Positions 38,539-47,582 of a stretch of 64,000 bases of DNA are shown piece by piece. The position numbers and the translations under genes are program-made. The number at the start of each line of letters is the position of its first letter. The stretch's first letter is position 1. The stretch covers positions 2,328 through 66,327 of the forward strand of contig JAFDGC010000002.1 in NCBI GenBank assembly GCA_019309485.1, given 5' to 3'. Under the pieces are notes generated by a model. It saw nothing but the letters and a program-made list of their open reading frames with translations. It did no database searches and was not told where the DNA came from. This DNA is from Deltaproteobacteria bacterium (GTDB lineage Bacteria; Desulfobacterota; Desulfobacteria; Desulfobacterales; UBA2156).

Positions 38539-38886
38539 GGGCTCCTCCTTTTCTTTCGGGTTTTCATCCACCAATGAAAACCCCGTGTTAAAATCCACCG
38601 TTGAAACGCGCGTTTCGATGGAGGGTGGATCTCAGATCAATCGAGCTCCGGTGAAAACGGGGCCGACCAGTGACCACAGGAACTCGTCGGCGATGGAAAG
38701 AGGATTGAATCGAGGAGGCGTATACGGCCCAGTAGCAGGGCATGAAACCGAGTATGGCGTTTTGCAGCAGCCAGCGCACATGCCGAATTAAGTACGATTC
38801 TTATAGCATTCAAAAATGGGATTGTCAAGCCGAATCCCGTCCGTACCCGTCGGGTTCATCTTCAACTCTTTTTTTCGGAATCAAAG

Positions 38887-39153
38887 TCATCCGGATCGAG
38901 ACTTAATCAAATGGGCGAAAACCGTTCCCAAGCGCTTTGAAAAATCGTCGGGCACGGGTTCATCCGGAAGCGATTTGCAAAAGGCCACCGTCTGCTTGAG
39001 GGTCTCCAGGCAGATGCTGCACTTGATACAGCGGGCGGCGTGGGTTTCAATCTTTTCACAGGTGCCGGGATCCGATTCCCCGTCAATGTATGCGGAGAGC
39101 TTTTTGAACAACTCCAGGCAATCCGGATCCGGTTCATGGCTGGGGTCATGCAT
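38887..39153 (-). CDS. soluble zinc-binding anti-sigma factor (ZAS, RsrA-like)
   Basis: HAARCIKC is an HX3CX2C motif, with an upstream Cys (PDPDC); no TM segment; its start overlaps the sigma factor stop. Confidence 0.7.
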   Translation of the reverse strand: MHDPSHEPDPDCLELFKKLSAYIDGESDPGTCEKIETHAARCIKCSICLETLKQTVAFCKSLPDEPVPDDFSKRLGTVFAHLIKSRSG

Positions 39154-39814
39154 GGGCCATATATCCTTGCAATTTGTCCCGTAACAAAAGCCTGGCGCGA
39201 TGGAGCCGGACCTTGACATTGGCCGTTGAAATGCCGAGGACCTGGGCCGTTTCTTGGGTCGTCAACTCCTCCATGTCGCGGAGCACAAGGACGACTCGAT
39301 ATCGGGGCGGGAGCAAGGCCACGGTGCGCTTTATGATCTCCGCCAACTCGCTGTCAAGGACCCGGTCAATGGGCTGCCTGGCCCATTTTGGCGTTTCTTC
39401 GGGCGCCTGATTCCGAAACCGGGCGGCCAGATCCTCCAGAGAAAGATTTTGTTCATCAGCCACTGTTTTTTTCCGCCGTTTTTTCAGGCAAACCCGGGCG
39501 GCAATCTTGTACATCCAGTTTGTAAATTTGGATTCGAATCTAAAATTATTCAATGATTTGAATATATTCATAAATGTTTCCTGAACCAAATCCTCGGCAT
39601 CCTGAGCGTTGTTGCACATCCGAAACCCGAAGTTGTAAAGCTTCTGCTCATAGCGCCGGACCAGTTCCGGGAAAAGATCCATGCCGCCCCCGTTGATCGC
39701 CTCGATCAACGGGGCATCCGGGTCCATGTCCTCTTTTTTTTCTTTTTTCGGGCGCATCCGTTTTTGCCGGCCGGGATCTTGCCGCCAACGTTTATTTGAG
39801 GCCTTGAAATCCAT
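39146..39814 (-). CDS. ECF (sigma-70 family group 4) sigma factor
   Basis: Region 2 DAEDLVQETFMNIF and region 4 LTTQETAQVLGISTANVKVRLHRAR. Start is uncertain (39814, 39757 or 39727). Confidence 0.85.
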   Translation of the reverse strand: MDFKASNKRWRQDPGRQKRMRPKKEKKEDMDPDAPLIEAINGGGMDLFPELVRRYEQKLYNFGFRMCNNAQDAEDLVQETFMNIFKSLNNFRFESKFTNWMYKIAARVCLKKRRKKTVADEQNLSLEDLAARFRNQAPEETPKWARQPIDRVLDSELAEIIKRTVALLPPRYRVVLVLRDMEELTTQETAQVLGISTANVKVRLHRARLLLRDKLQGYMAHA

Positions 39815-39853
39815 TCATGTGTTTTTCATCCTACCTTCTTTTTTTCATTTTCG

Positions 39854-40306
39854 TCAACGCCGTTGGATGAAAAGGCCTGCCAAGAGGCTGATGAGCAACC
39901 CCATGACCAGCGACAGATGCGCAAGATCCATGATAATGATCCATGCCGGCGGTACATAGATGCCGGAAAGATTTTTTACGACCAAAAAGGCACCCGTAAT
40001 TACCAGGCCGGAAAGTATCGTCACCCGGATGCCCTCAAGGAGTGTCCAGCCTTGCCTTTTTTTACCGGAAACAAAAAACACCGTCAGGCGGTAGCCTGCG
40101 TATCCGATAAAAATAACGGCAAAAAGGTAATGCATGAAATGGGTCACGTAAAACTCCCCCAGCCATCCCAGTCCCGGGATATCCGCAATATAGTATCTTT
40201 TGAAGATCGGCATCTGGGCAAAACCCGTCAGGACCAACATAAACAGGGTCAGCGAATAAAAACGGCTTGAAACGGATCGATTTTTTATTGTGGTGTTTAT
40301 CGTCAT
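39854..40306 (-). CDS. four-TM membrane protein, possible b-type cytochrome/quinol-interacting partner
   Basis: About 150 aa with 4 hydrophobic helices and His residues in the helices (HFMHYLF, DLAH); GGAGA RBS before ATG 40306; directly downstream of the Tat FeS protein. Confidence 0.45.
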   Translation of the reverse strand: MTINTTIKNRSVSSRFYSLTLFMLVLTGFAQMPIFKRYYIADIPGLGWLGEFYVTHFMHYLFAVIFIGYAGYRLTVFFVSGKKRQGWTLLEGIRVTILSGLVITGAFLVVKNLSGIYVPPAWIIIMDLAHLSLVMGLLISLLAGLFIQRR

Positions 40307-40368
40307 AACTATCTCCATGGCTCATTCAAAGTCATTTTCAAAACAAGGCCGGCCTTTTTACGATTCCA

Positions 40369-41319
40369 TCACCGTTTGACGCTTTTATAAAATTTTCCCG
40401 CGGCGGCGGCGATTCCCGCGATGGGAGCGATGAGCATGGCCGCGGCCAAATGATTTGCATCCGCCATCCGGTCCTTTACGGATTCAAGGTGGGGCTTACC
40501 CTTTCCTTTTTCCATCGCGGCGTTCAGGGTTTCAAACGGTACGGGGCTTACGTACAGGGTATTGGTCCCCCCGTTTTCGTTTTCTCCGTAAACATACCCG
40601 TTGATCTCGTCGGCGATGGCGTGGGCCTTTTCAATGATTTCGTTTCTGGGACCGATGGTTTGCACGCCTTCAGGGCACGCCTCAATACACGCGGGGACAC
40701 CCCCGTCCCGGAGGCGTTCATGGCACCGGTCGCATTTGTACATCACACCGTTTCCGGCAAATGAGGGGAGCAGGTCCAGATAGAGCCCTGTTCCGGTTTG
40801 ACGCTGGGGGATATCCCAGGGGCAGACCTTTTTACACTTGGATCCGCCCAGACAAATCTCGGCGTCGATGCGGGAAAGCCCGTTTCGCTCCTGCCGGGCC
40901 GCACCCCACGGACATAGTTTCACACAAGGGGGATTGACGCAGTGCATGCATCTTCGGGGTAACGTAAACTCGGTTTCTTCACCGTTGACCTCGACGACGG
41001 CATGCTGGATAAACAGCCAGTTGTAGGGCGTGAGGCGGTGGCGGATCTCCTTTTTATCGGACCAGTCTTCCACGGGAACCCGTGAAGGCACCATTTCGGG
41101 AAACGGTTTCTTGGGATCAGGAAACTTGTTTGTATTTGCATCGCGGCAGGCCTCCACGCAGGCCTCGCAACCGATGCACTTTCGAATATCGATAAGGGTG
41201 GCCAGATGGGACCCGGTGTGGGGCGCGACAGCCGCATTGGCGATGTTTCCTGAAGCGAGCGTGCCGGCGGCGGCAGCGCTCCCCTTCAGAAAGGCTCTTC
41301 GGGTGATGGATCGAGACAT
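40369..41319 (-). CDS. Tat-exported 4Fe-4S ferredoxin-type subunit (DmsB/HybA/NrfC-like) with C-terminal TM anchor
   Basis: Twin-arginine signal SITRRAFLKGSAAAAG; four Cys clusters (CIGCEACVEAC, CMHCVNPPCVKLCP, CLGGSKCKKVCP, CDRC...CIEACP); hydrophobic C-terminus. Confidence 0.85.
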   Translation of the reverse strand: MSRSITRRAFLKGSAAAAGTLASGNIANAAVAPHTGSHLATLIDIRKCIGCEACVEACRDANTNKFPDPKKPFPEMVPSRVPVEDWSDKKEIRHRLTPYNWLFIQHAVVEVNGEETEFTLPRRCMHCVNPPCVKLCPWGAARQERNGLSRIDAEICLGGSKCKKVCPWDIPQRQTGTGLYLDLLPSFAGNGVMYKCDRCHERLRDGGVPACIEACPEGVQTIGPRNEIIEKAHAIADEINGYVYGENENGGTNTLYVSPVPFETLNAAMEKGKGKPHLESVKDRMADANHLAAAMLIAPIAGIAAAAGKFYKSVKR

Positions 41320-41553
41320 AATGAGGGACCTCCCGACGGAAAAATTTGGATTTTCTTGTTAAAGAGGATGGGTTCAAAAAAAAGTTACAGGAAAATTGTT
41401 CCCTGAAACGGAGAGAGGGCACGCCTTGACACGATCTTCGAAACGCCCTATAGGATCAAAAAGACAATCTCAAGGAGTCCGTGAAAGACCGAAACGAAAT
41501 CGTCGATTTTTCCTTTCCTTTCTCCGGCAACCTTTCAGCGATGGGAATACCCC

Positions 41554-41784
41554 ATGACCGGCGATAAAGAAAAGGCCCGTCGTCTCACGGCCTTGTTCCT
41601 TCTCGGGAGTGCCCTTTTCACTTATCCTGTCATCTCCCTGTTCAATCTGCCCGTCCTGGTGTGGGGCGTTCCCCTCTTATATGCTTATGTCTTTATTGTC
41701 TGGGCGGTGATCATCTTTCTGATCGCCCTTGTCATGCATAAGGGTTCCCGGCCCGCCGGCAACCGATTTTCAAATCGAGGGTAG
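41554..41784 (+). CDS. small two-TM membrane protein preceding the SSS-kinase
   Basis: 76 aa; its stop lies 2 nt before the kinase ATG, so it is likely translationally coupled. Confidence 0.5.
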   Translation: MTGDKEKARRLTALFLLGSALFTYPVISLFNLPVLVWGVPLLYAYVFIVWAVIIFLIALVMHKGSRPAGNRFSNRG

Positions 41785-41786
41785 GG

Positions 41787-44513
41787 ATGATCGCCACCTG
41801 GATCATTCTCCTGTTCGCCTTCGGCTATGTGGCGCTGTTGTTCGCCATCGCCTATTACGGCGACAAGCGGGCGGATATGGGGAAAAGCATCATCAGCAAT
41901 CCCTATATTTACGCCCTTTCTCTCGCCGTCTATTGCACGGCATGGACATTTTACGGGAGCGTGGGGCGTGCCGCCAGAACAGGCCTGGGGTTTTTACCCA
42001 TCTATATCGGACCCACCCTGACTGCGGCTTTGGGTTGGCTGGTGTTGCGGAAAATCATCCGGATCAGCAAAATCCACCGGATCACCTCTATTGCCGATTT
42101 CATTGCTTCCCGGTACGGCAAGAGCATGACCCTGGGTGGTGTGGTGACCATTATCGCCGTATTGGGGATCATTCCTTACATCTCCTTGCAGTTGAAGGCC
42201 ATCTCCACCAGTTATTTGCTTATCAAGCATTATCCGCAATTCGCCATTGATGTGAATTTTACCCAGATACCCTTTTTGAAAGACACGGCCTTTTATATTG
42301 CGCTCCTGTTGGCCGTCTTCGCCATTTTATTCGGGACACGACACCTGGAAACCACGGAACGGCACGAAGGACTGGTGGCGGCCATCGCCTTCGAATCGGT
42401 GGTAAAGCTGGCGGCGTTCATCGTTCTGGGGGTATTTATCACCTACATCGTTTACGACGGATTCGCCGATATTTTCCGGAAGGCGACGGATTCCCCGGAG
42501 CTCAAACGGCTCTTTGTTTTTGAAGATCGTCCCGGCGCCTTCATCGATTGGGGAATGTATATCTTCCTTTCCATGCTGGCGGTCATGTTTCTTCCCCGCC
42601 AGTTCCAGGTGACCGTTGTGGAAAACGTCAACGAGGAACACCTCAACAAGGCCATCTGGCTCTTCCCGCTGTATCTGCTGGCGATCAATATCTTCGTCCT
42701 TCCGGTGGCCATCGGCGGGTTGCTGCATTTCACCGGCTCCACCGTAGATGCGGATACATTTGTCCTGACACTGCCCATGGCCGAACACAGCCAGTGGCTG
42801 GCGGTGTTGGTCTTTATCGGCGGCATGTCCGCTGCCACAGGGATGGTCATCGTTGAGACCGTGGCCCTTTCCACGATGATTTGCAACGACCTGGTCATGC
42901 CGGTGTTGCTGAGGCGCTTTTCCCGTCAACTCGCCAGGCGAAGCGACATCAGCAATATTTTAATCGTCATCCGTCGCTTTAGTATCATTCTGGTCCTCCT
43001 CGTCGGGTATACCCATTTCCATTTGATCGGAGAATTTTATCCCCTCGTCTCTTTGGGCCTCATTTCTTTTGCGGCCGTGGCCCAATTTGCGCCTGCCATC
43101 CTGGGAGGTATTTTCTGGAAGCGGGGAACCCGGCTGGGGGCTTTGACCGGCCTGATCGCCGGCTTCGTGGTCTGGCTTTACACCCTCGTGTTCCCGTCTT
43201 TGGTGCAGGCGGGGCTCCTTTCCCCGGGGTTTGTCTCGCACGGGCTCTTCGGGGTGAACCTGCTGAAGCCTTTTCAGTTGTTCGGTCTCCAGGGGTTTGA
43301 TCCCATCTCCCACGCCATTTTCTGGAGCCTTTTGCTGAATACGGGATGCTACGTCGGCGTTTCCCTGTTCAACGCCCCCACGGCCTTAGAACACTCCCAA
43401 GCCACCCTTTTCGTGGATATCTTTCGATATTCGGGGGAAATCGAACGACCGGCGCTCTGGCGGGGAAGGGCCACCATACCGGATCTGCGCTCCCTCTTGG
43501 AGGCGGTTTTGGGAAAACAGCGCGTCGATGAGGCCATTTCCGCATATGCCAAGGGACAGGACAAGGACTGGGAACGGACCGTGGAAGCGGAAGCCGGATT
43601 CGTCGGCTATGCGGAAAAACTCTTGGCCGGGGCCATCGGATCCTCTTCGGCCCGGGTCATGGTTTCTTCGGTGGTCAAGGAGGAGCCCTTGGGGATCGAC
43701 GAGGTCATGGACATCCTGGATGAAACCCGGCAGGTGATCATGTACAGCCGGGAACTGGAAAGAGCCACCAATGAACTCAAGACCGCCAACGAACGCTTAA
43801 AGGAACTGGATCGTCTCAAGGATGATTTCATATCCACCGTCACCCACGAACTGCGCACCCCCATCACCTCCATTCGTTCTCTGGCGGAAATCCTTTACGA
43901 TAACCCGGATATCGATATTTTGAGGCGGAAACATTTTTCCGGCATCATCATCCACGAAAGCGAGCGTCTCACCCGGCTCATCAGCCAGGTGCTTGATTTC
44001 CAGAAGATCGAATCCGGGAAGGTAGAATGGCAGGTCACCAATGTGGACATGACCAACGTCATTGACGAAGCACTCATTGCCACGGACCGGATGATCAAGG
44101 ATAAAAAAATAACGGTGGATGTCCAGGTGCCGGACCAGGTGCCCCTGGTGGAAGGGGATCAGGACCGCCTGATACAAGTCATGGTGAATCTCATCTCCAA
44201 TGCCGTGAAGTTCTGCGAAAAGGACGAAGGGGCCATCGCCATTGACCTCACGGTGGAAGAAGACCGGATTCAGGTGGACGTGAAAGACAGCGGGATCGGC
44301 ATCAGCCTGGAAAATCAGAAAATCATTTTCGAGACCTTCCAGCAGGTCCGGGATACCTCCCGGGGAAGACCCCCCGGAAGCGGCCTTGGATTGTCCATCG
44401 CCAAGCGGATCATCGATTTCCATCACGGACAAATCTGGGTGACCAGCGAACTGGGGAAGGGCTCCACCTTTTCCTTCACCATTCCGCTCCCAAAAGAGAA
44501 ATGGGCCCTCTAG
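41787..44513 (+). CDS. sensor histidine kinase with N-terminal sodium:solute symporter (SLC5/SSS) domain, CbrA-like architecture
   Basis: About 500 aa of SSS-type TM helices, then HisKA FISTVTHELRTPITSI and HATPase GSGLGLSIAKRII. Confidence 0.88.
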   Translation: MIATWIILLFAFGYVALLFAIAYYGDKRADMGKSIISNPYIYALSLAVYCTAWTFYGSVGRAARTGLGFLPIYIGPTLTAALGWLVLRKIIRISKIHRITSIADFIASRYGKSMTLGGVVTIIAVLGIIPYISLQLKAISTSYLLIKHYPQFAIDVNFTQIPFLKDTAFYIALLLAVFAILFGTRHLETTERHEGLVAAIAFESVVKLAAFIVLGVFITYIVYDGFADIFRKATDSPELKRLFVFEDRPGAFIDWGMYIFLSMLAVMFLPRQFQVTVVENVNEEHLNKAIWLFPLYLLAINIFVLPVAIGGLLHFTGSTVDADTFVLTLPMAEHSQWLAVLVFIGGMSAATGMVIVETVALSTMICNDLVMPVLLRRFSRQLARRSDISNILIVIRRFSIILVLLVGYTHFHLIGEFYPLVSLGLISFAAVAQFAPAILGGIFWKRGTRLGALTGLIAGFVVWLYTLVFPSLVQAGLLSPGFVSHGLFGVNLLKPFQLFGLQGFDPISHAIFWSLLLNTGCYVGVSLFNAPTALEHSQATLFVDIFRYSGEIERPALWRGRATIPDLRSLLEAVLGKQRVDEAISAYAKGQDKDWERTVEAEAGFVGYAEKLLAGAIGSSSARVMVSSVVKEEPLGIDEVMDILDETRQVIMYSRELERATNELKTANERLKELDRLKDDFISTVTHELRTPITSIRSLAEILYDNPDIDILRRKHFSGIIIHESERLTRLISQVLDFQKIESGKVEWQVTNVDMTNVIDEALIATDRMIKDKKITVDVQVPDQVPLVEGDQDRLIQVMVNLISNAVKFCEKDEGAIAIDLTVEEDRIQVDVKDSGIGISLENQKIIFETFQQVRDTSRGRPPGSGLGLSIAKRIIDFHHGQIWVTSELGKGSTFSFTIPLPKEKWAL

Positions 44514-44566
44514 CCGGTCCATAATCGCAAAGCAACCAAAAAAAAGAGAGGAACCCAAGAAAAGAA

Positions 44567-45772
44567 ATGGCCATTGCAGTCGTAGGAACCTTCGACACGA
44601 AAGCAAAAGAACACCTTTTTCTCAAAGGCCGGATCGAAGCGTACGGATACGATGTCTTCACCATTCATGTGGGCACCCGGCGGCCCGCGCCCTTTCCCGT
44701 GGACCGGGACATATACCGGGAGATCGAAAAAAAAAATCCGTCATTGCTTTCCCGCCGGGACCAGGCCATCGAAGCGGTGCGCACCCTTGCCCGCAAAACC
44801 GTTGCCGCCCTTTACCGGGAGGACCGGATCGAAGGGGTGATTTCGGCGGGGGGCGGCACCGGAACCCATTTGGGGACCGGTATCATGAAAGGACTTCCCA
44901 TCGGGGTGCCCAAAGTGATGGTGTCCACCGTGGCCGCCAAGGACATGGGTTCCGTGGTGGGGACCAAGGATATCACCATGATCCACAGCGTGGTGGACAT
45001 CTTGGGGATCAACAGCATTTCCGGCATGATTCTCGACCGGGCGGCCGGAGCGGTCTGCGGCATGGCAAGGGCCCGATGGAAACCCGAGCGCATTTCTAAA
45101 CGGATCGCCTTGACCTTTTTCGGATTCATCACCGAGGCGGCGGAGCATCTCAAGGATCGTCTCGAAAAATTGGGGTATGAAGTCATTCCCTTTCATGCCA
45201 ATGGCACCGGCGGAATGGCCATGGAAGAACTGGCCGGCGAAGGCGTTTTCGACGGGATCCTGGATCTGGCAACCCATGAATTTGCGGATGCGCTGAAAAA
45301 CGGATACTGCCGCGGAATCGGTCCGGAACGCCTGACGCCGCCTCGCGGAAAAAGCGTGCCCCGCCTTGTGGTGCCGGGGGGCCTCGACTGCGCGGTCCTG
45401 GAGTTCACCCGGGAATCGGTGCCCGAGATCTACCGGGACCGGAAGATCTTTTACTATGACTTCAGGAGTGCGGTTCGCCTGTCCCGGGAGGAAACCCGTT
45501 TGATCGCGGATCAGCTTTCGGAAAAGATGAACCTGAACCCCCGCGGGACCCTGCTTTTAATCCCGTCCCGAGGATGGTCCGAAGCGGACGGGGAGGGCGC
45601 CCCCCTGTATGATCCTGAAGTTGCGTCCGCGTTTGTCAAGCGAATGAGCGAAACCCTGGATCCGCGTATCGAGATCCAAGAAGCGGATCTGCACATCAAC
45701 GAGGCGGCGTTTGCGGATCTGGCAGCCCAAACCATGGACGCCATGGTGAAACGAGGCGCTCTTTCCCGGTGA
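44567..45772 (+). CDS. UPF0261 / Tm-1-like ATP-binding protein
   Basis: MAIAVVGTFDTKAKEHLFLKGRIE N-terminus and about 400 aa length, as recalled for UPF0261. Confidence 0.72.
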   Translation: MAIAVVGTFDTKAKEHLFLKGRIEAYGYDVFTIHVGTRRPAPFPVDRDIYREIEKKNPSLLSRRDQAIEAVRTLARKTVAALYREDRIEGVISAGGGTGTHLGTGIMKGLPIGVPKVMVSTVAAKDMGSVVGTKDITMIHSVVDILGINSISGMILDRAAGAVCGMARARWKPERISKRIALTFFGFITEAAEHLKDRLEKLGYEVIPFHANGTGGMAMEELAGEGVFDGILDLATHEFADALKNGYCRGIGPERLTPPRGKSVPRLVVPGGLDCAVLEFTRESVPEIYRDRKIFYYDFRSAVRLSREETRLIADQLSEKMNLNPRGTLLLIPSRGWSEADGEGAPLYDPEVASAFVKRMSETLDPRIEIQEADLHINEAAFADLAAQTMDAMVKRGALSR

Positions 45773-45800
45773 TCCCAAAGGGGCTAAACCGGATCTTTTC

Positions 45801-47582
45801 TTAGACCTCCCGGAATCCCCATAAGGGATATTCCAGCATATAATCGGCCACTTTCCCCGGATTGTTTTCCCGGCTGGCCACGAGAAATAGCGTGTTTTGC
45901 CGTTCTTTTTCGGAAATGGGATCCAGAGGATCCCAGTCCGGCATCAGGATCATGGCATTATCGGCGCTGTATTCGATATCCCCGGATTCTTTGAAGGCGG
46001 CCATGTCGGGGGTTCGATCGTAGCGCCCACCTTCCCCCCGGGAAAGTTCGGAGGTGACCAGGAAGGTGACGTTCTGCTCATCCCGCATGGATTCCATGTT
46101 CCGCAGCCATTCGTCGATCCCCGTCCGCCGTTCCGAAAGATTTTTAAAAGGGAGTTTGTGGAGGCTGTCGATCACCACAAGGGTGAAATCGCATCCTGTT
46201 TCGTGTTGCAAAAAATCGATCTTCCGCTTCATCAGATCGGGGCCGAGCTTCCGGTCCGTCACGACCCGGAAAAACGGAAGGATGGTTTGGATCCGCTCCT
46301 TTGCGGAATCAAGGCGCATCTGTTTTGCATCGTCCAATTGATCGAGCCGGATTTCTTTTTCCGAAAGCCGGCTCAGGCGGCAAAGGGTTCGGGTGTAGAT
46401 CTTTTGTCTTCCGTTTTCAAAGTCATAGTAGATGACCGGGATGCTGTTTTTTGCCACTTCGGTGGAGATCTGCATAAAAAAACAGGATTTTCCGGCCTTT
46501 GGGGGACCGCCCAGGATATTGATCCCGCGGAGACCGTTGAGCGCCCGGTCCAGTTTTTCGAACCCCGTGGGGATTCCCAAAAGCGTTTTTCCTTTTTCGC
46601 GTTCCAGAAAAGAAATCAGGAGACGGTGTTCTTTTTCCGGGGATGAAAACGGCGAAAAGGCCCTGGATTCCCGGATCATTCGCTCCACGGCCCGGCCGAA
46701 GTTTACACCGGTTTCCCGGGCCAGGTGGTTCAAATGGTAGCCTCTTTTCCGGTGGAAGGGCCATTCGAGGATCCTTGACTTATACCCCAGGCGGACGGCC
46801 AGTGTGCGGGCGGCCTGATGGGCTTCGGGCGAGTGGTTGACGATTAAAAAAATCCGCTCAATGTGCGCCAGTCGCTCCGGTGTAATGACCTCCAGATCCC
46901 CGGCGTGGGGGACGGCGATCCCCGGATACCCGAGTTGCATCAACGTCAACAGGTTGATTTCCCCGTCGGTAATGAACAGGGTTCCGCCTTCGCAGCGTTC
47001 GATTTCCCTGGCATTGTAGATCCGAAAATCCCCCTCGGTGTATGCCGCATCCCCATGCCAGAAGGCGTCGTCTGCCCGCTCCGGGAGGACGCATCGTGCG
47101 GCATAACAGTTGTTGTCTTCCAGAAAATACGGAAAAAGCAGATACCTCCCGTTGTAACCGATCTCCATCTGCTTCACGAGGGGCCGGGAAATGCCGTATC
47201 GCTCAAAATGGGCGTACTGGCTTTCCCCCATGAGGGCCTGAAAACGTGTGATTTCGAGATTGATATTTTTCGTGGACAGGATCGTATCGCGCACGAAGGG
47301 TTCCCGATCCGGGTCGAATCCGGGAACCGAAGCGGGGTCCAGGCCGCGCATCTTGGCGAAAAAAAGCGGAAATCCCCCCGGTGAACATCGCCGGGTGCAT
47401 CGATAATATCCCATGAAAGGACTTTCCGGGTGCAGGTCTACGCGCAACATCCCCTTCGGGTCGGATGCATCCGCGGCGCAAAAGGGGCAGGGAGCCTCCA
47501 GATGGTCCTCTTCCCATCGGTTGTCCGGAAGGTTTTCGAGGTAAAACCGTCGGACGGCTTCCTCACGGCGCATGGCGCTCAC
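45801..47582 (-). CDS. primase-like (Zn-finger + TOPRIM-like) / DnaB-like helicase fusion protein
   Basis: N-terminus CPFC...CTRRC; TOPRIM-like LFITDGEINLLTL. C-terminal DnaB/RepA RecA-fold: GIPTGFEKLDRALNGL, Walker A GGPPKAGKS, Walker B LVVIDSL, ESGDIEYSADNAMIL. Confidence 0.75.
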   Translation of the reverse strand: MSAMRREEAVRRFYLENLPDNRWEEDHLEAPCPFCAADASDPKGMLRVDLHPESPFMGYYRCTRRCSPGGFPLFFAKMRGLDPASVPGFDPDREPFVRDTILSTKNINLEITRFQALMGESQYAHFERYGISRPLVKQMEIGYNGRYLLFPYFLEDNNCYAARCVLPERADDAFWHGDAAYTEGDFRIYNAREIERCEGGTLFITDGEINLLTLMQLGYPGIAVPHAGDLEVITPERLAHIERIFLIVNHSPEAHQAARTLAVRLGYKSRILEWPFHRKRGYHLNHLARETGVNFGRAVERMIRESRAFSPFSSPEKEHRLLISFLEREKGKTLLGIPTGFEKLDRALNGLRGINILGGPPKAGKSCFFMQISTEVAKNSIPVIYYDFENGRQKIYTRTLCRLSRLSEKEIRLDQLDDAKQMRLDSAKERIQTILPFFRVVTDRKLGPDLMKRKIDFLQHETGCDFTLVVIDSLHKLPFKNLSERRTGIDEWLRNMESMRDEQNVTFLVTSELSRGEGGRYDRTPDMAAFKESGDIEYSADNAMILMPDWDPLDPISEKERQNTLFLVASRENNPGKVADYMLEYPLWGFREV

